DNA of 63,903 nt, the filler included, from an uncultured Myxococcia bacterium (lineage in GTDB: Bacteria > CAZTWC01): NCBI GenBank assembly GCA_964617105.1. It is 6 parts of 6 records of this genome, joined end to end, with 100 filler letters (N's around TTAATTAATTAA, not from the genome) between each part and the next. Parts side by side here need not be neighbours in the genome. Positions count along the whole stretch, not along the records: positions 54,230 to 63,903 come from CAZTWC010000131.1; 5 more parts are not named here. One strand, written 5' to 3'. Positions 58,265 to 63,903 of the stretch are shown one piece after another (the first letter of the stretch is position 1; each line of letters begins with the position of its first letter). The position numbers and the translations under genes are program-made. The notes beneath the pieces are model-generated. The model ran no database searches. It was not told the origin of the DNA and saw nothing but the letters and a program-made list of their open reading frames with translations.

Positions 58265-60005
58265 GGCAATGACATTAACTGTTGAAGGTGAGTTGGCTGG
58301 ACTCAGGTCACGAGTCGAAAATATTACCAATACCCTGGCTACCATAACCTATTGGGAAGATGCGGCTAATTTGCAAGCCCAATGCCAACATGTGTTAAGG
58401 CAAATAGATACGATTCATGAACAATTAGAATATAAGTTAGTGGTCACCATCGTGGGTGGCGGGGGCATTGGCAAATCCACCCTGTTCAATGCTCTGGCAA
58501 TGAGCGATGACCTATCAAAAACCGGCAAAAAAAGACCCACTACCCGCAAGATGATCGTTCATGTCCAAAACAAAAGTGATGCCAAAGCCCTTTTGTCCCA
58601 TATCGACCATGACGATGTCAGAATGGTTTCCAGTGTCAACGGGGGAGAGGCGCTGGCCAACATCATCCTGGTTGATACCCCAGACACCGATAGTAGTGAA
58701 AATGAACCACACCACCAATTGCTAAAAAATATCATCCGGCGAAGTGACGTAATCCTTTGCTGCTTCAAAGCGGAGAACCCCAAACGATGGGACAACCTCA
58801 ATTTCCTGAAGCCATTCATCGAACAGTATCCTCATGAGCACCTCTACATTATTCTGACTTTTGCCGACCGCCAGGATGAAACCGAACTCAAGGAACATAT
58901 TGTCCCCGACTTCAAGAAACATCTGGCCAAAGCCTGGGGGAGAAATTTTAGCCAATTGTTCTCTATCTCTGCTCGCCGTTACCTGCCAAATCCAAATTGG
59001 GAAACAGACGCCAAACCTTTGCACCAATTTGACCAATTTGAAGAATTGAGAAACGAAATTACCGGTTCAACCACTAAACCCAGCGCTGTAGTGAGTTCCA
59101 GACTGGCCAGAGCCCATTTTTTAAAGGATACTCTTTTTACCAATATGGCCCACTCTTTTAAGCACCTGGCCCCTTTGCAGGAGGTCAGGAAAGAGATCGG
59201 AAAATTGGAACATCAGGCAAAACAGGAGGCTTTAACTTCGCTGATAAATGAAGATAGGGAGTTGAGGCCAAAAATTAACGCCATGTTTTACAGTCGGCTG
59301 GCTGCAAACTGGTGGGGGCCAATTGGTTGGCTGGTAGCAATCTGGTTCCGCCTAATCGCCCTGGCCGCCAGTTGGCAGTCTTTTCGCTCTACCGGCAATC
59401 CGGCTGCCCTGTTGTCCAAAAGAATTTATTCGCTGGCCAAGACTCAACCAACCAGCAAAAATGCAACTGATAATGCTTATGACCAAAATTTCTACGCCAA
59501 TGCAATACTGCGCTATCGTGACATCTTTTTGCAAAAATGGCCCCCCATAGCTGACCGGCTGGTCCAACTTGGTTTTTCCAACCATGTTCGTGACTTGACA
59601 GTGGTGATGAGTGATCAGCAAGTGTTGGAGGATAATTTGTCAAGTCACTGGTTAAACAGTATGGTAAGGGAGGTGGAGCGACGTACCGCCATCCTCTCTT
59701 CTTTACCTTTGCAACTCTTATTCAACGCGGCGCCTATTTTGCTGGCAATCATATTTTGCCTGGAAACCGTGAACCAGTTTTTAGCCCACCACTACCTGCC
59801 GGCGGAATATTTCCTCCATGGTCTGGTTGCCCTGGGACTGACCCTGCTAATCTCTTTTTTCCTTTTTCAGTTTATTGTCCGGGCATTTAGTAGCTCACGG
59901 CTACTAAAAAAGGTTTGTAACAACTTTACCTACGAGATTGAGAAGGAAAATAACTCTGTCTGCCCGTTGATTAAAGAGATTGATAGGTTGCTAAGGTTAT
60001 TTTAG
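58254..60005 (+). CDS. Dynamin-like/TRAFAC GTPase B with C-terminal TM helices
   Basis: GGGGIGKSTLFNAL (G1), RPTT (G2), VDTPDTDS (G3), TFAD (G4-like) and two C-terminal TM helices; 11-bp overlap with gene A. Confidence 0.78.
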   Translation: MQHEAMTLTVEGELAGLRSRVENITNTLATITYWEDAANLQAQCQHVLRQIDTIHEQLEYKLVVTIVGGGGIGKSTLFNALAMSDDLSKTGKKRPTTRKMIVHVQNKSDAKALLSHIDHDDVRMVSSVNGGEALANIILVDTPDTDSSENEPHHQLLKNIIRRSDVILCCFKAENPKRWDNLNFLKPFIEQYPHEHLYIILTFADRQDETELKEHIVPDFKKHLAKAWGRNFSQLFSISARRYLPNPNWETDAKPLHQFDQFEELRNEITGSTTKPSAVVSSRLARAHFLKDTLFTNMAHSFKHLAPLQEVRKEIGKLEHQAKQEALTSLINEDRELRPKINAMFYSRLAANWWGPIGWLVAIWFRLIALAASWQSFRSTGNPAALLSKRIYSLAKTQPTSKNATDNAYDQNFYANAILRYRDIFLQKWPPIADRLVQLGFSNHVRDLTVVMSDQQVLEDNLSSHWLNSMVREVERRTAILSSLPLQLLFNAAPILLAIIFCLETVNQFLAHHYLPAEYFLHGLVALGLTLLISFFLFQFIVRAFSSSRLLKKVCNNFTYEIEKENNSVCPLIKEIDRLLRLF

Positions 60006-60029
60006 GGCTCACTCAAAATTAACTTTTCA

Positions 60030-60052
60030 ATTGACAATCATTCTCAATTGCA
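60030..60052 (+). promoter_or_regulatory. Fur-box-like site overlapping TTGACA (copy 1)
   Basis: ATTGACAATCATTCTCAATTGCA contains TGACAAT-C-ATTCTCA, 2 mismatches to the 7-1-7 Fur consensus TGATAAT-N-ATTATCA. Confidence 0.75.
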
Positions 60053-60223
60053 TTACGGTTGAAAGAGGCTTTTCCAGCAACAGGAGCAAAACTAACCAGC
60101 AGTGTCCGTCCCGGGTGTCAACTTTGTTGCGAATTTGACACCGACTCCCCCTGGCAGGGGGAGATCCCCGAAGGGGAGGGGGGGTAAAGGTTTTCGGATG
60201 GCAACTGCTATACTGCTATAGGG

Positions 60224-60883
60224 GTGAATCTTATGCAAAGAGAAACAGAAGAGATTATGGAAGCCATTTGGACATGTGAAGAACAACAAAAGAATTCTAC
60301 CGGCCAGATAAGAGATATCTGTCATGTAAAAATATCGGATGATATTTTGGAAACTATGCAAAAAAATAATCTTATTGCCTATGATAACGAAAATATTTAT
60401 TTGACTGGTGAGGGAAAAGAGATCGCCAAGGGGCTAATCAGGCGCAAGAGGCTAGCCGAGGAACTCTTGGAACATGTGCTGAATATCAAGGGTGACAAGG
60501 CAGATAAAATTGTTTGTGAATTCGAACATTCGGTTATCCCGGAAGTGGAGGAGAGCATCTGTATTTTATTGGGCCATCCGGTTGAGTGCCCGCATGGTAA
60601 TCCAATCCCGCCCGGCCCATGTTGCCTGGCCCACAAGAACAATATTGTCAAAAAAGTTGACTCTATCACTCAGTATAGAGTTGGAGATAAAGTAAAAATT
60701 TCCTATATCAGACCCGAATCACACCAAAGGCTTCATAAACTTTCAAGTTTTGGAATAAAGCCCGGAACCATCATTGAAATCCACCAAACCCACCCCAGTT
60801 TTATCGTAAAATATGATAATACGGAAATCGCTATGGACAAGGATATTGCCGAGAATATTTATGGCTGGAAAAGTATGGCCTAA
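60224..60883 (+). CDS. DtxR/MntR-family metal-dependent regulator with FeoA domain
   Basis: LT.EG..IA..LIRR.RLAE, CEFEH, LGHP.ECPHG.PIP and L...GI.PG..I FeoA/SH3-like domain. Confidence 0.9.
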   Translation: MNLMQRETEEIMEAIWTCEEQQKNSTGQIRDICHVKISDDILETMQKNNLIAYDNENIYLTGEGKEIAKGLIRRKRLAEELLEHVLNIKGDKADKIVCEFEHSVIPEVEESICILLGHPVECPHGNPIPPGPCCLAHKNNIVKKVDSITQYRVGDKVKISYIRPESHQRLHKLSSFGIKPGTIIEIHQTHPSFIVKYDNTEIAMDKDIAENIYGWKSMA

Positions 60884-60891
60884 ACTTTTCT

Positions 60892-60914
60892 ATTGACAAT
60901 CATTCTCAATTGCA
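60892..60914 (+). promoter_or_regulatory. Fur-box-like site (copy 2, identical 23 bp)
   Basis: Exact repeat of 60030-60052, upstream of fur. Confidence 0.75.
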
Positions 60915-60938
60915 ATATGGTAAAAAAATAATTTCTGA

Positions 60939-61391
60939 ATGGACGCCACTATGGATGATGAAATAAAAGAATTTAAAATCTTTTGTAAAGAGAACAATCT
61001 AATTATTACCAAGGAACGTTTATCTATTTTTAATAAAATTCTCTCCATTCATCATCACTTTAATATTGATGAATTGTATTTGGAATTAAAAAAAGACCAG
61101 ATAAATATTTCAGTTTCATCTATTTACCGGCTTATTCCCTTCCTGATTCAGGGTAATTTTATTCGGCCTATATATTTGGACGATAAAAATATTTATTATG
61201 AACATATTTGTGGCCATTCCCACCATGACCATTTAATATGCGCCAATTGTAATGAAATAATTGAATTTTGCGATGAAGGCATAGAAGTGTTACAGGAACA
61301 TGTGGCTAAAAAATATAACTATCAAATCGTTAATCACCGGTTAGTGATCAAAGGATTGTGTTCAAAATGCCAAGAAGAAGGCGGGAGTTAA
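60939..61391 (+). CDS. fur: Fur-family transcriptional regulator
   Basis: T.ER..I, S.SSIYR, HSHHDHLICANC..IIEF and GLCSKC motifs. Confidence 0.92.
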   Translation: MDATMDDEIKEFKIFCKENNLIITKERLSIFNKILSIHHHFNIDELYLELKKDQINISVSSIYRLIPFLIQGNFIRPIYLDDKNIYYEHICGHSHHDHLICANCNEIIEFCDEGIEVLQEHVAKKYNYQIVNHRLVIKGLCSKCQEEGGS

Positions 61392-61556
61392 TTTGTTAAT
61401 TTCCGGACAGCAACTAATTTGGTTCGCCTAATATTTTGGGATAAGCACGGAAAGCAAAAGAAACATTGCGCCTACACCATTTAGGCGCTTATTTTTTTAT
61501 CATTGTGTTGCAATTGATTATCAATATCGAAGCAACCCGCCTATGGAGAAAAACAA

Positions 61557-62294
61557 ATGAAACAACAATCTTTACTTTGCCTGCTGGTAACTATTTTTGT
61601 GTCCTGGTCAATCTCTGCCAATGCACTTGACACCACCGAGCCATTTGAACTTGGTTTTACTGACTATGAAATGTACAGCAGTATGGGCGGAGCCAATCTC
61701 AATGCCGGAGAACGTACCATTGGTTGGGATGGAGTAGTTGGGGTTGGATTAACTGATTCTTTTTCAGCTGCACTCAAATATAGTCTGGAGTCAAATGACT
61801 ATTTACAAAGTGATGGCGACCAGTTACATCTCTGGGTTTTCTGGACGGTGACCGCCTCAAAGATATTTGATGTTGATTTTTTTAGCCAAATCGGGACTGG
61901 CGGCGGTTTGGCCTTTGGTTCAGAATTAAATTTGGATTTAGATAAATTTGGACTTCAACTTACTTTGGAGGAGGGGATAGAAAACAGGATCGACTTAAAA
62001 GGTAACCCAACTAAGGAAAGATCCTATAATTTAGGTCTACAGCCGCTGGTCCATTACGCACTAAACGATTCTACCCAACTTTTGGCTGCTATCGACTTTT
62101 CTTTGCCCCATTATCCCAAAAAAGGCGAACGTTCCTTTAATATTGGCTCTGTTGGTATTGGCCTTAATATCGGTGTTCACCCTGCTGTCGAACTTATTAC
62201 CGAGTTAAATATCGATATCCCTCAGGACGATGAAAAAATGGCAATCGGAGCAATGATCGGCTTTTTAGCTACCGTACCAGCAACTAAAAATTAA
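61557..62294 (+). CDS. Hypothetical exported protein, probable outer-membrane beta-barrel
   Basis: Signal peptide (A-N-A); alternating hydrophobic beta-strands; Fur-like site TGCAATTGATTATCA at 61509-61523. Confidence 0.6.
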   Translation: MKQQSLLCLLVTIFVSWSISANALDTTEPFELGFTDYEMYSSMGGANLNAGERTIGWDGVVGVGLTDSFSAALKYSLESNDYLQSDGDQLHLWVFWTVTASKIFDVDFFSQIGTGGGLAFGSELNLDLDKFGLQLTLEEGIENRIDLKGNPTKERSYNLGLQPLVHYALNDSTQLLAAIDFSLPHYPKKGERSFNIGSVGIGLNIGVHPAVELITELNIDIPQDDEKMAIGAMIGFLATVPATKN

Positions 62295-62310
62295 AAAAAA
62301 AGGTGAAACC

Positions 62311-63903
62311 ATGGAACTCAAACAGAGAGATTTTTCCACTAACAGTGATGCCACCTATATTTTAATCGGCAATGTTAATACGGGAAAATCCACTATCTTC
62401 AACAGAATGTGCCGAAAAAATATCAAAGAGGGAAATTATCCGGGCACCACGGTAAGTATTACCACCAGCGAACTGAAATGCCATTTAAAGGAAGCATTCC
62501 TGATTGATACTCCTGGCTCAAACACTATTTATGGAGAGAACGAAGATGAATTGATCTCCAAAAATATGATTTTAGACGCCAAGGCTTCCAATCTGGTTTT
62601 TGTGGCTGATTCCAAAAACTTGAAGCGTTCTCTGGCTTTATATTTTCACTATGTCGAGTTTGACCTGCCAATTCTTTTTAATATAAATATGATGGATGAG
62701 GCATTGATAAAAAATATTGATATCAATGTAGAAAAACTGGCCAGTTTGCTCGGCGTACCCGTAAATACTACCGTGGCCATTGAAGGTGACGGGATCGAAT
62801 CGTTAAGAAAAAATCTGACTGAAGTAAAAGTTGGCAAGTCATCAATAAAATATCCCCAATTTATTGAAAATTATTTGCGATTGGCCCAACAGATTATTGG
62901 AGATAAAAAAATCTCCCGGGGGATTTTATTGTCTGTATTGGCTGAAGATAAATTATCCAAAGAGTATGTTCAAAAAATTTGCGATCAAAACACTTTTTCC
63001 CAAATTGAACGTCTGGTTGAGCAAACCAAGAGAAAAACCAGTAAAAAGATAGGTACCCAACTTTTGGATATCTATCTGGAGAAGGCTGAGGAGATCTATA
63101 ACCAGGTAGTATGGGTAAGCGAGCCCACCAAAATTCCCTTTGCCGATAAATTGGGCGTCTGGAGCAGAAATATCTACACCGGTATTCCCATTGCCATCAT
63201 TATTATCATTCTCATGTACTATTTTGTGGGCAAATTTGGCGCTGAATATTTGGTAGATTTATTAGAAGGAGAACTCTTTGGCGAAATAATTGTCCCATGG
63301 ATAGAAAACATCTGCAAATTAGTCCCATCTGAACTGTTCGCCAGAGCAATTGTCGGTGAATTCGGATTGGTTAGCGTAGGCCTTGCCCTGTCTCTAGGTT
63401 TGGTGATGCCGGTTTTGCTCACTTTTTATTTTTTCTTTGGCATGCTTGAGAGTAGCGGCTATTTACCCAGGTTATCCGTCCTTTTGAACAAGGTCTTCAA
63501 GAAAATGGGTATGAGTGGAAAAGGGATATTGCCTTTAATCATGGGGTTTTCCTGCATTACCATGGCAATCTTGGCCACCAGAGCCCTTGAGACCAGAAAA
63601 GAACGAAATATTGCCACCTTTCTCCTGATTATGGGTATTCCATGTGCACCATTATTGAGCGTGATGCTGGTATTACTGGCCGATTTACCTTTGTGGAGTT
63701 CATTCTTTATTTTTGGATTCTTAACTCTGCAAATACTGTTGATTGGTTTTCTTACCAATAAAATTTTCCGTTCCAAAGTGCCGGATTTTATTATGGAAAT
63801 TCCGCCATTAAGAATCCCGAAACTAAAAACTCTCTTTATAAATTCCATACGCAGAACCTATCTATTTTTAAAGGAAGCCATCCCTGTATTTCTGTTTGCT
63901 GCG
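62311..63903 (+). CDS. feoB: Ferrous iron transporter FeoB (3' partial; absent from ORF track because no stop lies in the window)
   Basis: Manual translation gives IGNVNTGKSTIFN, GNYPGTTV, IDTPG, NMMDE, LESSGYLPRL, MGFSCIT and FIMEIPPLR. Confidence 0.95.
   Translation, partial: MELKQRDFSTNSDATYILIGNVNTGKSTIFNRMCRKNIKEGNYPGTTVSITTSELKCHLKEAFLIDTPGSNTIYGENEDELISKNMILDAKASNLVFVADSKNLKRSLALYFHYVEFDLPILFNINMMDEALIKNIDINVEKLASLLGVPVNTTVAIEGDGIESLRKNLTEVKVGKSSIKYPQFIENYLRLAQQIIGDKKISRGILLSVLAEDKLSKEYVQKICDQNTFSQIERLVEQTKRKTSKKIGTQLLDIYLEKAEEIYNQVVWVSEPTKIPFADKLGVWSRNIYTGIPIAIIIIILMYYFVGKFGAEYLVDLLEGELFGEIIVPWIENICKLVPSELFARAIVGEFGLVSVGLALSLGLVMPVLLTFYFFFGMLESSGYLPRLSVLLNKVFKKMGMSGKGILPLIMGFSCITMAILATRALETRKERNIATFLLIMGIPCAPLLSVMLVLLADLPLWSSFFIFGFLTLQILLIGFLTNKIFRSKVPDFIMEIPPLRIPKLKTLFINSIRRTYLFLKEAIPVFLFAA

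Overview
This window is not one contiguous locus. It is six unrelated ~10.7 kb draft/MAG contigs joined by synthetic 100-bp N-TTAATTAATTAA-N spacers (contigs 1-10993, 11094-21824, 21925-32603, 32704-43368, 43469-54129, 54230-63903). Gene content suggests a Gram-negative, deltaproteobacteria-like organism (inference). Contig 1 has a eukaryote-type hexokinase, a truncated sugar porter, and a decayed island with four toxin-antitoxin modules (HEPN-MNT, AbiEi/AbiEii, PIN plus partner, HicAB), IS fragments and a tmRNA 3'-end att remnant. Contig 2 is a dcw cluster lacking mraY, plus OmpA-domain and SLT genes. Contig 3 has an AI-2E transporter, two SPFH genes, NrdR-boxed nrdJ, resB and an RND pump split by an insertion with a target-site duplication. 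Contig 4 is a prophage segment: helicase-like gene, terS-like gene, terL, portal, minor head and BrnTA, with an inverted two-gene tyrosine-recombinase cassette between terS and terL. That cassette is spanned on the opposite strand by an unbroken 758-codon ORF with an AGGAGG RBS and a TAATG overlap with terL, which is the most unusual signal here. Contig 5 has an AAA ATPase, a beta-propeller lipoprotein and two large uncharacterised lipoproteins (pentapeptide-repeat and Tat-exported). Contig 6 has glpD, DUF401, a tandem dynamin-like GTPase pair and a Fur-boxed DtxR-Fur-OMP-feoB iron locus. All family calls come from motif recognition, not database searches.
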